This document shows positions 1-9,258 of a stretch of DNA of 64,000 bases, one piece after another. The stretch covers positions 34,270 through 98,269 of the forward strand of contig CAAGAT010000074.1 of NCBI GenBank assembly GCA_900767875.1, written 5' to 3'. The first letter of the stretch is position 1; each line of letters opens with the position of its first letter. The notes under the pieces are model-generated. The model made no database searches and was not told where the DNA came from. It worked only from the letters and a program-made list of their open reading frames with translations. Position numbers and translations under genes: made by a program. Source of the DNA: an uncultured Sutterella sp. (GTDB lineage: Bacteria; Pseudomonadota; Gammaproteobacteria; Burkholderiales; Burkholderiaceae_F).

Positions 1-1032
1 GGCCTGATGAACCGCGCCCACGCCTACAAGGCGTTCCTCGAAGCCAATGAGGGAGCGGGCGAAGAGCCGGACGCGGGCGTGTCCATGGGGCTGTTCTGCT
101 ACCCCGTTCTGATGGCCGCCGACATTTTGATGTTCAACGCCGACCGGGTGCCCGTCGGCCGCGACCAGATCCAGCACCTCGAGATGGCCCGCGACATGGC
201 CGTGCGCTTTAACAACACGTACGGCCGCGGCAAGGACTTTTTCGTGCAGCCCTTCGAGCAGATCGAAGAGAACGTGGAAATCCTGCCGGGTCTGGACGGC
301 CGCAAGATGAGCAAGAGCTACAACAACGTCATTCCGCTCTTTGAAGGCGGCGAAAAGGCCCTGCGCGAAGCCATCGGCCGCATCGTCACCGACAGTAAGC
401 TCCCGGGCGAGGCCAAGGACCCCGACAGCACGTCCCTGACGCGCATCTACGAGGCCTTCGCCACCAAGGACGAGTACGAGGCCTTCCGAGGCGAACTCAT
501 CGGCGGCATGGGCTGGGGCGAGGCCAAGAAGGCGCTCGTCGAGCGCATCAACGCCGAAATCGGCCCCATGCGCGAAAAGTACGAGTACTACGTCTCGCAT
601 CCGGCCGAGCTCGAAGACATCCTGCAGACCGGCGCCGCCAAGGCGCGCAAGATCGCCACGCCCTTTATCGAAGAGCTGCGCCACGCCGTGGGTCTGCGCA
701 GCTTTGCCGCCGTTGGCCAAGCCAAGACGGTCGGCGCCTGCGACAAGCAGCAATCGAGCAAGCCCCTGGGCGTCATCAAGCAGTACCGTGAAGCCGACGG
801 CCTCTTTTACTTCAAGCTCACCGAAGGCGCGACCACGCTTCTGACCTCCGAGGGCTTTGCCAACGGGCGCGACGCGGGCATGGCCGTGGGCAAACTCAAG
901 GCCCAGGGCCTGACGGACACGGCAGGCGTGACGCTGTGCGAGGGCGTCACCCGCGAGCGCGTCAACGCCACGCTGGCGGCCATGCGTGCGGCCGACGAGG
1001 AAAAGAAAAAGGCCAAGGCCGCCAAGGCCTAA
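1..1032 (+). CDS. trpS: tryptophanyl-tRNA synthetase, 5'-truncated at window edge; catalytic C-terminal half fused to a YegP/DUF1508-like domain and Lys/Ala-rich tail
   Basis: ORF 7..1032 with frame open to position 1 and no start context. Class I KMSKS motif (GRKMSKSYNN). Segment KQYREADGLFYFKLTEGATTLLTSEGFANGRDAGMAVGKLKAQG matches the YegP-family consensus. Ends in EEKKKAKAAKA. Confidence 0.85.
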   Translation, partial: GLMNRAHAYKAFLEANEGAGEEPDAGVSMGLFCYPVLMAADILMFNADRVPVGRDQIQHLEMARDMAVRFNNTYGRGKDFFVQPFEQIEENVEILPGLDGRKMSKSYNNVIPLFEGGEKALREAIGRIVTDSKLPGEAKDPDSTSLTRIYEAFATKDEYEAFRGELIGGMGWGEAKKALVERINAEIGPMREKYEYYVSHPAELEDILQTGAAKARKIATPFIEELRHAVGLRSFAAVGQAKTVGACDKQQSSKPLGVIKQYREADGLFYFKLTEGATTLLTSEGFANGRDAGMAVGKLKAQGLTDTAGVTLCEGVTRERVNATLAAMRAADEEKKKAKAAKA

Positions 1033-1104
1033 AGCCAAATAATCCTGCCCCACCGCACCGGCGACCTGAGGCGGGACACAGGCCGCGGCGCTTGCCGCGG
1101 CCGA

Positions 1105-1147
1105 CAAAAAAGGGCGCAGTCCTTTAACGGAGTGCGCCCTTTTCTTT
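1105..1147. terminator. bidirectional rho-independent terminator between convergent trpS and mop
   Basis: AAAAAA-GGGCGCAGTCC-TTTAAC-GGAGTGCGCCC-TTTTCTTT: GC stem flanked by an A-run on one side and a T-run on the other. Confidence 0.7.
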
Positions 1148-1161
1148 GCAGCCTAAAAAAA

Positions 1162-1371
1162 TTAGGCCACGGCCACCATCACGGAGGAGGCCTTGATCAC
1201 GGCGTAGGCTTCGCCGCCGATCTTCAGGCCAAGGTTCTTGGCCGAAGCGGTCGTGATCGAGGAAACGATCTTTTCCTTGGCTTCGGTTTCGATCGTCACT
1301 TCGGTCGTCACGGGGCCTTCCTTGATGGCGATGATGGTGCCCTTGAGGCAGTTGCGAGCGGAAATCTTCAT
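1162..1371 (-). CDS. mop: molybdenum-pterin-binding (TOBE domain) protein Mop, 69 aa
   Basis: 69-aa single TOBE-domain protein (MKISARNCLKGTI..); typical molbindin size and sequence. Confidence 0.8.
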   Translation of the reverse strand: MKISARNCLKGTIIAIKEGPVTTEVTIETEAKEKIVSSITTASAKNLGLKIGGEAYAVIKASSVMVAVA

Positions 1372-1814
1372 GGCGTTACTCCCAAAAATTCAATCCATGT
1401 TGATGACTGAAGCGCCGCCCTCACGGCGGATCGCCTCAAAAACGGCGAAGTTTATAAACCATTGTTTGGCGCTGCTCAAGGGGTTTTCCATAGGACATAC
1501 CCGCGTTTTTACCAATCGGAACAGCGCCTGTTCCAAAAAAAATGGGGCTCGCCCCGGCGCCGTTGCGGCGCATGAAGGCAAAGCCCCGACCCAGGAAAAC
1601 GAACCGTTTTGATCGACCGTGCGCTCCCTCCCCAATAAAGAAGCTTTGTTTGCCCGGCCGATGACGGAGAACCGTGGCGAGGAACATTCCGATCGGGCTG
1701 CCGGCGTGGCGCCGCGCTTGCGATTGACCCGAAATGCATCGCCGCAATAGCGTTATACCTAAAATGAATAGCGATTGCAAGTCCTCTGTTTTTTGGGAAT
1801 CGACGGGACGCCGG

Positions 1815-1860
1815 ACAAAAAGAAACGGCCCAGCGGAAACACTCTCCCGTCGGGCCGTTG
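1815..1860 (-). terminator. rho-independent terminator downstream of cstA
   Basis: AACGGCCC ... GGGCCGTT stem followed on the minus strand by TCTTTTT, immediately after the cstA stop codon. Confidence 0.55.
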
Positions 1861-1881
1861 TCGGCGAAACGTCAGGGCCGC

Positions 1882-3558
1882 TTAGGCGCGCTTGACGATC
1901 GGCGCGGCGTCGCGCAGCTTGAGCACGCAGTGGTAGACCACCAGCACCGCCAGCACGATGAGGGCGGCGGCAACCACGAACTGCAGACCGTGGATGAGCC
2001 ACACGAAGGTGCCGTCCATCCAGGCGCGCACGATGCGGATGATGGCCTGCACGAGGGCGGTCATCGTCACGACGAACATGATCGTCATGGGCGCGTAGAG
2101 CATCCAGCCCTTGCGGCCGGTCGACTTAAGGTACACGGCCATGCCGGTGAGCACCAGAGCCGAGAGCAGCTGGTTGGCCGAACCAAAGAGCGGCCAGACG
2201 CTCATGTAGCCGGCCATGCAAAGCGCATAGCCCGCGATCAGCGTCAGGCACGTCGAAAACACCGTGTTGGTAAAGAGCTTTTGAACCGCGGTCTTTTCCT
2301 TGCCCGGTTCGGGCGTAAAGAGTTCCTGCAGCGACATGCGGCCGATGCGGGCCACCGCGTCCACGGAGGTCAGCGCCAGAGCCGAGACGCACATCGTCAG
2401 GATGCAGGCGGCCACCTGCTGGGGCACGCCGAAGATTTCCGTCAGGAAGGCGGCCACGGAGCCCGAGAAGGTCTGGAAGGGCGTGCCCGAGGGCAGCACG
2501 CCGTCGGTGGCGGCCGCGCACACGACGATGAGGGCCACCACGCCGAGCACCACTTCCAAGCACATGGAGCCGTAGCCGACCATGCGCATGTCCTTTTCAT
2601 TGGAAATCATCTTCGAGCTCGTGCCCGAGCTCACCAGAGAGTGAAAGCCCGAGACGGCGCCGCAGGCGATCGTCACGAAAAGAATCGGGAAGAGGTCGAG
2701 GTTATTGACCGTAAAGCCCGTAAAGGCCGGCATGTTGATCGAGGGGTTCTGAATGAACACGCCGATCACGCCGGCGATGATCATGCCGATCAGCAGGAAC
2801 ATCGACAGGTAGTCGCGCGGCTGCTTCAAAAGCCACATCGGCATCACCGACGCGGCAAAGAGGTAGGCGAAGACCACATAGCGCCAGGTTTCGGCATCGG
2901 CGTAGACGGGCAGGTAGATGCCCGCGGTCACCATCGCGACCATCAGCACGACGCCGACCACGAACTGCACGCCCGAGGAAGGCTTGCGGTACTTGAGGTA
3001 CAGACCGAAGAGCACGGCCACGAACATGTACAGCAGCGAAATCGACGCGGCGGCCGCGTTGGGCATGACTTGCGTGCCGTCCTTGGCGTAGCCGTTGAAC
3101 GTATTGGCCACCATGTCGCAGAAGGCGGCGATCACGAGCAGCGTAAAGAGCCAGCAAAAGAGCAAAAAGAGCTGACGGCCCGTGCGGCCCACGTAGGACT
3201 CGATGATCATGCCGACGGACTTGCCGCCGTTTTTGACGGACGCATACAGGGCCGAGAAGTCCTGCACGGCGCCGAAGAAGATGCCGCCGATGATCATCCA
3301 CAACAGAGCCGGAGCCCAGCCGAACATGGCGGCGATGATCGGGCCGGTGACGGGACCCGCGCCCGTAATGGACGTGAACTGGTGCGCAAACACCACCCAG
3401 CGCGACGCCGGGGTAAAATCCTTGCCGTCGTTTTTCTCCACGGCCGGCGTGGGGCGGTTCGGATCGATCCCCCACGTTTTTTCCAACCACCGCGCATAGC
3501 CGAAATAACCAAAGGCCAAGGCCACGATGGCGATCATCATGATTCCGATCCCGGTCAT
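1882..3558 (-). CDS. cstA: carbon starvation protein A family peptide/pyruvate transporter (CstA), 558 aa
   Basis: Polytopic membrane protein; N-terminus MTGIGIMMIAIVALAFGYFGYARWLEK..ITGAGPVTGPIIAAMFGW is the CstA signature. Confidence 0.9.
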   Translation of the reverse strand: MTGIGIMMIAIVALAFGYFGYARWLEKTWGIDPNRPTPAVEKNDGKDFTPASRWVVFAHQFTSITGAGPVTGPIIAAMFGWAPALLWMIIGGIFFGAVQDFSALYASVKNGGKSVGMIIESYVGRTGRQLFLLFCWLFTLLVIAAFCDMVANTFNGYAKDGTQVMPNAAAASISLLYMFVAVLFGLYLKYRKPSSGVQFVVGVVLMVAMVTAGIYLPVYADAETWRYVVFAYLFAASVMPMWLLKQPRDYLSMFLLIGMIIAGVIGVFIQNPSINMPAFTGFTVNNLDLFPILFVTIACGAVSGFHSLVSSGTSSKMISNEKDMRMVGYGSMCLEVVLGVVALIVVCAAATDGVLPSGTPFQTFSGSVAAFLTEIFGVPQQVAACILTMCVSALALTSVDAVARIGRMSLQELFTPEPGKEKTAVQKLFTNTVFSTCLTLIAGYALCMAGYMSVWPLFGSANQLLSALVLTGMAVYLKSTGRKGWMLYAPMTIMFVVTMTALVQAIIRIVRAWMDGTFVWLIHGLQFVVAAALIVLAVLVVYHCVLKLRDAAPIVKRA

Positions 3559-3698
3559 GATTGTGACTCCCTAAAATTTTTGTGTTTTCCACGCCGACCG
3601 CCTATGAGTGGCGTTTTTTCGGCGCAATAGTCCGCATCTTACGCCGAATGGACGATTACACTAACGTTCACTCACACTTTTTCAGCTAGAGAAATTCC

Positions 3699-4508
3699 AT
3701 GACTTTCTTTTCTCCCTCCTACGTCACGGACTCCCCGGCCAGTATCGGAAATGTGGAGTTCGGCACGCCCCCCGTCAAAATCCTCTCGAGCGTGTGTGGC
3801 CGCAATGCCGAGGAAATGATCGAACAGGCCAAGGCGATCGAAGAGGCCGGCGCCGACGTCATCGAATGGCGCGCGGACTACTTTGACGAGGCGGGCGACT
3901 GGCGCGAGGCCGTGCGCCAAATGAAGGCGGCCGTCGCCAAGCCGATCCTCTACACCTTCCGCACCCGTGCCGAAGGCGGCGTGTGCACCACTCCCCTGTC
4001 GGATACGTCCTACCGCAAAAAGGTGATCGAGGCGATCGAGTCCGGGCTCTTTGAAGCCGTGGACATTGAGATTGCCCGCGGCCGAGCCGAGCAGCTCGTT
4101 GATGCGGCCCGGCAAGCCGGCGTCACGAGCATCGTGAGCTGGCACTACCTTGACCCCGAATGGCTCAAAGCCGACGATGTCTCCGACGACACCTTTGTGC
4201 GTCTGGCCCAAATGACTGAAGTCAACCCCGACATCGTCAAGATCGCCGTCATGCCCACCAAAGCCAATGACATCACCTACTTTATGGATTCGGTGGCCCT
4301 CTGGACGGACACGTATCAGCCCCCGGTTATCGCCATGTGCATGGGCAAAGTCGGCGCCCTCACGCGTGTGGGGGCCTCGGCCTTCGGCTCGTGCGCGACC
4401 TTTGCGAGCGCCGCGCAGACCTCGGCCCCGGGGCAGCTTGATGTGGCCACGACCCGCAAACTGCTTGAGCTTTTCTCCGACGATCCCGAGATCATCCGGC
4501 CCGAGTAA
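3699..4508 (+). CDS. aroD: 3-dehydroquinate dehydratase, type I
   Basis: 269 aa; ILYTFRTRAEGG and the ADVIEWRADYF region are typical of type I DHQase. Confidence 0.85.
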   Translation: MTFFSPSYVTDSPASIGNVEFGTPPVKILSSVCGRNAEEMIEQAKAIEEAGADVIEWRADYFDEAGDWREAVRQMKAAVAKPILYTFRTRAEGGVCTTPLSDTSYRKKVIEAIESGLFEAVDIEIARGRAEQLVDAARQAGVTSIVSWHYLDPEWLKADDVSDDTFVRLAQMTEVNPDIVKIAVMPTKANDITYFMDSVALWTDTYQPPVIAMCMGKVGALTRVGASAFGSCATFASAAQTSAPGQLDVATTRKLLELFSDDPEIIRPE

Positions 4509-4536
4509 GTTTTTGCGCTTTTCTTGATCTGGGCAA

Positions 4537-4590
4537 AAGGGCGCCTTTCCCGCCGAGGCAATCGGGAAGGCGCCTTTTTTATAATTTTTT
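4537..4590 (+). terminator. rho-independent terminator after aroD
   Basis: GGGCGCCTTTCCCG ... CGGGAAGGCGCC stem followed by TTTTTTATAATTTTTT. Confidence 0.75.
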
Positions 4591-4652
4591 GGTTGCGCCG
4601 ACGGTCTCTGTGCCGGAGCCCCGGCCAAGCATCCATTGGAGAAGAGACAAAA

Positions 4653-5924
4653 ATGAAAACCTACGACTTTGCCTACGGCCGCGGCCGCAAACAGTTCTCG
4701 ATCGACGAGAGCCTGGTTCTCAAGGAAGTTCGCACCGAAGAATTCACGCCGATGAGCGACGTCAAGCAGGGCGTGCTCGATGCGATCTACAACCCGATCG
4801 GCTGCGAGGCGATCGACAAGATCATCAAGCCGGGCGACACGGTGGCCTTCATCTGCAACGACCCGACGCGCGTGGCCAACAGCTTTGACTTCATGCCCGT
4901 GCTCGTCAACGAGATGAACAAGCTCGGCGTCAAGGACGAAGACATGCACATCGTCTTTTCACTGGGCACGCACCGCGACATGACGCATGAGGAAATGGTC
5001 GAAGCCGTGGGTCCGGAAGTGTCCTCGCGCCTGAAGATGTACAACAGCACGGCCACCAAGGACGAAGACTTCGAATACTTCGGCACGACGAGCCGCGGCA
5101 CGCCGGTGTGGATCAACAAGCACCTGTGCCACGTCGATCACGTGATTCTCACGGGCACGATCGTGCACCACTACTTCTCGGGCTACGGCGGCGGCCGCAA
5201 GGCCATTTTGCCCGGCTGCGCCGCGATGGAAACCGTGCGCGTCAACCACAGCTTCATGCTCGACAAGAACGCGGCCCTCGGCCGCACCGTCGGCAACCCC
5301 TGCTACGAGGATCAGATGGAAGGCGTGGCGCTTTTTGCCAAGGGCCGCTCGCTTTTCCTCTTTAACGCCATTCTCAACGCCAAGCACCGGTTCCTGCGCA
5401 TGTTCGCGGGCGACTACATCGCCGCGCACAAGGAGGCGTGCAAGTTCGTCGACGAAGTCTACGGCTGCGTGATTCCCAAGCTCGCCGACCTCGTGATCGC
5501 CTCGTGCGGCGGCTATCCCAAGGACATCAACGTCTATCAGATGCAAAAGACGATGGACAACGCCATGTGCGCCGTGCGCGAAGGCGGTGTGGTGATTCTG
5601 CTGGCCGACTGCGAGGAAGGCTCGGGCTCGAAGGTGCTCGAAGAAACCTTCCGTCGCCTCAAGACCCCCGAAGCGATCAAGGCCGAACTCGAGGCCAACT
5701 TCCGCATCGGCGCCAACAAGGCCTTTGCCATCACGCGTCCGATCTCGCACGCCCGCTACATTCTGGTGACGCGTCTGGATCGGCAGCTCGCCAAGGACAT
5801 GCTCTTTTCGGGCGCCGTCGACACGGTCGAGGAAGCGCTTGAAATCGCCAAGCAGTACGTCGGCGACAAGCCCTCGATCATTCTGATGCCCGAAGGCAGC
5901 CTCACGGTTCCGCGCGTGGCATAA
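4653..5924 (+). CDS. larA: LarA-family nickel-pincer-nucleotide-dependent 2-hydroxyacid racemase/epimerase (lactate racemase homolog), 424 aa
   Basis: Start chosen at MKTYDF after the GGAGAAGAGA RBS (the ORF-track start 4524 is upstream). The conserved NPN-tethering lysine context HHYFSGYGGGRKAILPG is present. DUF2088-type N-terminal domain. Confidence 0.8.
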   Translation: MKTYDFAYGRGRKQFSIDESLVLKEVRTEEFTPMSDVKQGVLDAIYNPIGCEAIDKIIKPGDTVAFICNDPTRVANSFDFMPVLVNEMNKLGVKDEDMHIVFSLGTHRDMTHEEMVEAVGPEVSSRLKMYNSTATKDEDFEYFGTTSRGTPVWINKHLCHVDHVILTGTIVHHYFSGYGGGRKAILPGCAAMETVRVNHSFMLDKNAALGRTVGNPCYEDQMEGVALFAKGRSLFLFNAILNAKHRFLRMFAGDYIAAHKEACKFVDEVYGCVIPKLADLVIASCGGYPKDINVYQMQKTMDNAMCAVREGGVVILLADCEEGSGSKVLEETFRRLKTPEAIKAELEANFRIGANKAFAITRPISHARYILVTRLDRQLAKDMLFSGAVDTVEEALEIAKQYVGDKPSIILMPEGSLTVPRVA

Positions 5925-6035
5925 CGCCTCTCGGGCCATTGTTTGCCCAATTGTCGCCCATTGAGCCCGTGCCCGCCCCCGACGGGGTCCGCGCGGGCTA
6001 AATTTTGAGCAAGCTCCCCAACCGTTTGCCGCCCT

Positions 6036-6716
6036 ATGTCCGAAACCTTCTCGCCCTGCATTCGTTTTGATCTGGCCCGCAGCGCCCGCATCGGTCTGCC
6101 CGAGGCGGTGTTCTGCGAGGGCAAGCCCCGCCGCGCCCTGCACACGCTGCTCACCCGTTTTGCCCAAGACAAAGCCACGCCCATTCTCTTTACGCGCCTT
6201 GACGAAGCGCTCTACCGTTCCTTTGAGGAAGAGATCACGCGCGTGTACGACTACGACCCCTTAAGCCGCACGGCCTGGAACGCCAAACTGCCCGCACGCC
6301 CCGAGGGCAAAGCCGCGATCGTCTCGGCGGGCACGGCCGACGGCGCCGTGGCGCGCGAGGCCGCACGAACGCTCACGTACCTGGGCTGGCGTTGCGAACT
6401 GTTCGAAGACTGCGGCGTGGCCGGTCTGTGGCGCATTCAAAGCGTCATCGATGAAATCAACACGGCCGACGTGATCGTCGTGACCGCCGGGCTTGACGCC
6501 GCCCTGGCCAGCGTGCTCGGGGGCCTGACGCACCGCCCGCTCATTGCGGTGCCCACATCCGTGGGATACGGCGTGGCGCAGGGCGGACAGGCGGCCTTGA
6601 GCAGCATGCTGAGCTCGTGTGCGCCGGGCGTGGCCGTCATGAACATCGACAACGGGTACGGGGCCGCCTGCGCCGCCGCCCGCATTCTCAACGCCGTTTA
6701 TCCGAGCAAGGACTGA
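6036..6716 (+). CDS. larB: LarB, pyridinium-3,5-biscarboxylic acid mononucleotide synthase (PurE-like)
   Basis: 226 aa; PurE/AIR-carboxylase-like C-terminal half (VIVVTAGLDAALASVLGG..IAVPTSVGYG); sits between larA and larC. Confidence 0.8.
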   Translation: MSETFSPCIRFDLARSARIGLPEAVFCEGKPRRALHTLLTRFAQDKATPILFTRLDEALYRSFEEEITRVYDYDPLSRTAWNAKLPARPEGKAAIVSAGTADGAVAREAARTLTYLGWRCELFEDCGVAGLWRIQSVIDEINTADVIVVTAGLDAALASVLGGLTHRPLIAVPTSVGYGVAQGGQAALSSMLSSCAPGVAVMNIDNGYGAACAAARILNAVYPSKD

Positions 6717-6718
6717 AA

Positions 6719-7507
6719 ATGCCGCATGAACACTCCCACAGCGCCGCGAGCGCCATCTCCCGCCCCGTGCTGACCGTCCGCGTGCACGCCGGCCTGAATG
6801 CCGGCAACCTTCTGGCCGGTCTTTTTGCCGTGAGCGGCATATCCCGCTTTTACAGCGCCGATGCCTTTTTCAAGAGCGTCTTTGCCGGCGCGCAGGCCGC
6901 CTTGTCTGTCAAGCCCGTGAGCGTGTGCGGCATCGGCGGCGTGACGGCCGTCTTTTCTCTGCCCGAGCAGGGGCACGAGCACGGCCACGTGCACCGCGCT
7001 CCGGCCGAGATCCTGCACTACTACGAAACGGCCGCGTCATTGTCCGAAGGGGCCCTGGAACTGGCCTCGCGCATTTGGCTCACGCTGGCGCAGGCCGAGG
7101 CGTCCGTGCACGGCGTGCCGCTTGAGGCCGTGCACTTTCACGAAGTCGGCCGCATGACCAACATCTGGGCCGTGGGTCTGATTGCCGAACTCTTTGCCGC
7201 GCTCAACCCGGTGCGCTTCGTCTCGTCCTCGCTGCCGCTGGCCGACGGCACGGTGCGCTGCGCGCACGGCCTCGTGCCCAATCCGGCGCCCGCCACCCTG
7301 GCGCAGCTCGAGGGCGTGTCGGTGCGCGCCTACGAGGGCAGCGGCGAAACCGTCTCGCCCACGGGGCTGGCCATCCTCAAGGGACTCGGCGCCCAATTCG
7401 GCGCCTGGCCCGAAATGAGCGTCACGCGACAGATCACCGCCTTTGCCGAGGGCAAGGTCTTTGAAGGCGCCAACGGCCTCGTCTTTGCCATGGGCCGCGC
7501 GCTCTAG
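6719..7507 (+). CDS. larC: LarC nickel-insertion protein, N-terminal (LarC1/DUF111) domain only, 262 aa
   Basis: His-rich QGHEHGHVHR, the FHEVGRMTNIWAVGLIAE motif and TPTGLAILKGLGAQFG all match the DUF111 N-domain. The ORF stops where the CTP-binding C-domain would begin. ATG lies 2 nt after the larB stop. Confidence 0.7.
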   Translation: MPHEHSHSAASAISRPVLTVRVHAGLNAGNLLAGLFAVSGISRFYSADAFFKSVFAGAQAALSVKPVSVCGIGGVTAVFSLPEQGHEHGHVHRAPAEILHYYETAASLSEGALELASRIWLTLAQAEASVHGVPLEAVHFHEVGRMTNIWAVGLIAELFAALNPVRFVSSSLPLADGTVRCAHGLVPNPAPATLAQLEGVSVRAYEGSGETVSPTGLAILKGLGAQFGAWPEMSVTRQITAFAEGKVFEGANGLVFAMGRAL

Positions 7508-7603
7508 GGCCGCTTCAGAGCGCACCACATGCAAACGGCGCGCCGAATTTACAATCGGTGCGCCGTTGCCTTTTGGGGGCCGCCGTCCCCCTCCTTATCC
7601 GCC

Positions 7604-8989
7604 TTAGAACGGGAGTTTGACGCTCGGATCCACGGACAAAATGAACTTGGCAAAGCGATCCTTGATGCGCGAGAGCGCTTCGGGCGTATCGCCCTCGACT
7701 CGGATCACGGCCACAGGCGTGGTGTTCGAGGAGCGCGCCAACGCAAAGCCGTCCTTAAATTCCACGCGCAACCCGTCGATGAGAATCACGTCTTCGGCGT
7801 CGTCGAACTTGGCCGCTTCGCGCAGCTTTTCAATGAAGGCCTTGTTCTGCCCTTCCTTTTCAAATTCGATGTGCAGTTCGGGCGTGTTCACGGCCGTGGG
7901 AAGTGCATCCAAAACGGCCGACGGATCGGTGCTGCGGCTCACAATCTCAAGCAGGCGCGCGGCCGCGTACATGCCGTCGTCAAAACCCGGCCAGCGGTCG
8001 TCGTTGAAAAAGAGGTGGCCGCTCATTTCACCCGCAAAGGGAGCGCCCGTTTCGCGCAAGCGGGCCTTGACGAGCGAGTGGCCCGTGGCGCTGATCGTGG
8101 GCACGCCGCCGCGCTCGCGGATCCAGGGCACCAGCGCGCGGGTGCACTTGACGTCGTAGATGATCTGAGCGCCCGGATGGCGCTTGAGCACATCCTCGGC
8201 AAAAAGCATCATCTGACGGTCCGGATAAATGATGTGGCCCGTGCGGGTCACCACGCCGAGGCGGTCGGCGTCGCCGTCAAAGGCAAGGCCGAGTTCGGCA
8301 TCGCCCTTTTGCACCGCGGCAGTGAGGTCCGTGAGGTTGGCGGGCTTGCTCGGATCGGGATGGTGATGCGGAAAGTTGCCGTCGATTTCAAAGTAAAGCG
8401 GCTCGACCTCGACGCCCAGCCCCTTGAATAGGCGCGCCGCCAGGGGGCCGGCCACGCCGTTGCCGCAGTCCACGGCCACCTTCATGGGGCGGGCGAGCTT
8501 GACGTCGCCGAGAATATTTCCCAGATAGGCGGGCGTGACGTCCACTTCTTCAATGCGGCCGGGCTTGTCGGCCTTGACGACGTCGCCGGCTTCAATCGCG
8601 TCGGCGATGGCGGCGATCTCGTGCCCGAAAAGCGTCAGGCCCCCGAGCATCATCTTCAGGCCGTTGTACTCGGACGGGTTGTGCGAGCCCGTGACGGCCA
8701 CGCCCGAGCCGCAGCCGAAATGGTGCGTGGCAAAGTACAGCACCGGCGTGGGCACCATGCCGATATCCTTGACGTTCACGCCGGCCGAGACGATCCCCCG
8801 CATGAGCGCGCCCGTCAGCGAAGGCCCCGACAGACGCCCGTCGCGGCCGACGCACACCGTGTCGATGCCCTTGCGGACGGCCCAGGTGCCGAGCACCTCG
8901 CCGACGGCACGCACCACCTCTTCGGTGAGGGTCTTGCCCACGATGCCGCGGATGTCATAGGCCTTGAAAATGGGACGATCAAGCTGCAT
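7604..8989 (-). CDS. phosphomannomutase/phosphoglucomutase (alpha-D-phosphohexomutase family)
   Basis: Active-site GSHNPSEYNG; start set at internal MQLDRPIFKAYDIRG (462 aa) rather than the TTG-initiated 550-aa track ORF. Confidence 0.85.
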   Translation of the reverse strand: MQLDRPIFKAYDIRGIVGKTLTEEVVRAVGEVLGTWAVRKGIDTVCVGRDGRLSGPSLTGALMRGIVSAGVNVKDIGMVPTPVLYFATHHFGCGSGVAVTGSHNPSEYNGLKMMLGGLTLFGHEIAAIADAIEAGDVVKADKPGRIEEVDVTPAYLGNILGDVKLARPMKVAVDCGNGVAGPLAARLFKGLGVEVEPLYFEIDGNFPHHHPDPSKPANLTDLTAAVQKGDAELGLAFDGDADRLGVVTRTGHIIYPDRQMMLFAEDVLKRHPGAQIIYDVKCTRALVPWIRERGGVPTISATGHSLVKARLRETGAPFAGEMSGHLFFNDDRWPGFDDGMYAAARLLEIVSRSTDPSAVLDALPTAVNTPELHIEFEKEGQNKAFIEKLREAAKFDDAEDVILIDGLRVEFKDGFALARSSNTTPVAVIRVEGDTPEALSRIKDRFAKFILSVDPSVKLPF

Positions 8990-9258
8990 AAATTTTCTCC
9001 TGACGCCTGTCGGTTTTGTCTTCGGATGTTGGGATTGTAGACAGTTCGACTTTTGCCAAGGCCCCGAAGTTGTTTTCGTCTTTTGCAGCCGCGTGCGTCC
9101 GTTGAAGGCGCGTTTGCCCTCGGAAGGCGAAAAACGGCCGCGCAAAGACTGTGCGCAGGCATTAAAATGTGTCTCCATTGTCTCAAAGCCATCCGCTTTG
9201 AACGGCTTGGCTCGGTCCGAGACGGACCGAAACGGAAAAACCGAAAACCGGAGCAACT

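Noticed and set aside
1741-1790. Near-palindromic GCAATAGCGTTATACCTAAAATGAATAGCGATTGC, considered as a ModE-like operator or Moco riboswitch for mop
   Set aside because: It lies more than 350 bp from the mop start and only loosely resembles ModE consensus half-sites. Riboswitch features cannot be confirmed by eye.
1858-3630. 590-aa His/Arg/Gly/Asp-rich ORF on the plus strand
   Set aside because: Entirely antisense to the strongly supported cstA gene; a typical high-GC shadow ORF with low complexity and no family resemblance.
3559-3698. Possible CRP site (GTTCACTCACAC) in the cstA-aroD divergent promoter region
   Set aside because: Only one TCACA-like half-site and no matching TGTGA partner at N6 spacing.
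8989-9256. TTG-initiated 89-aa N-terminal extension of the phosphohexomutase
   Set aside because: The conserved family N-terminus begins at the internal Met (MQLDRPIFKAYDIRG). The extension is basic and low-complexity and would run into the aspS promoter region.
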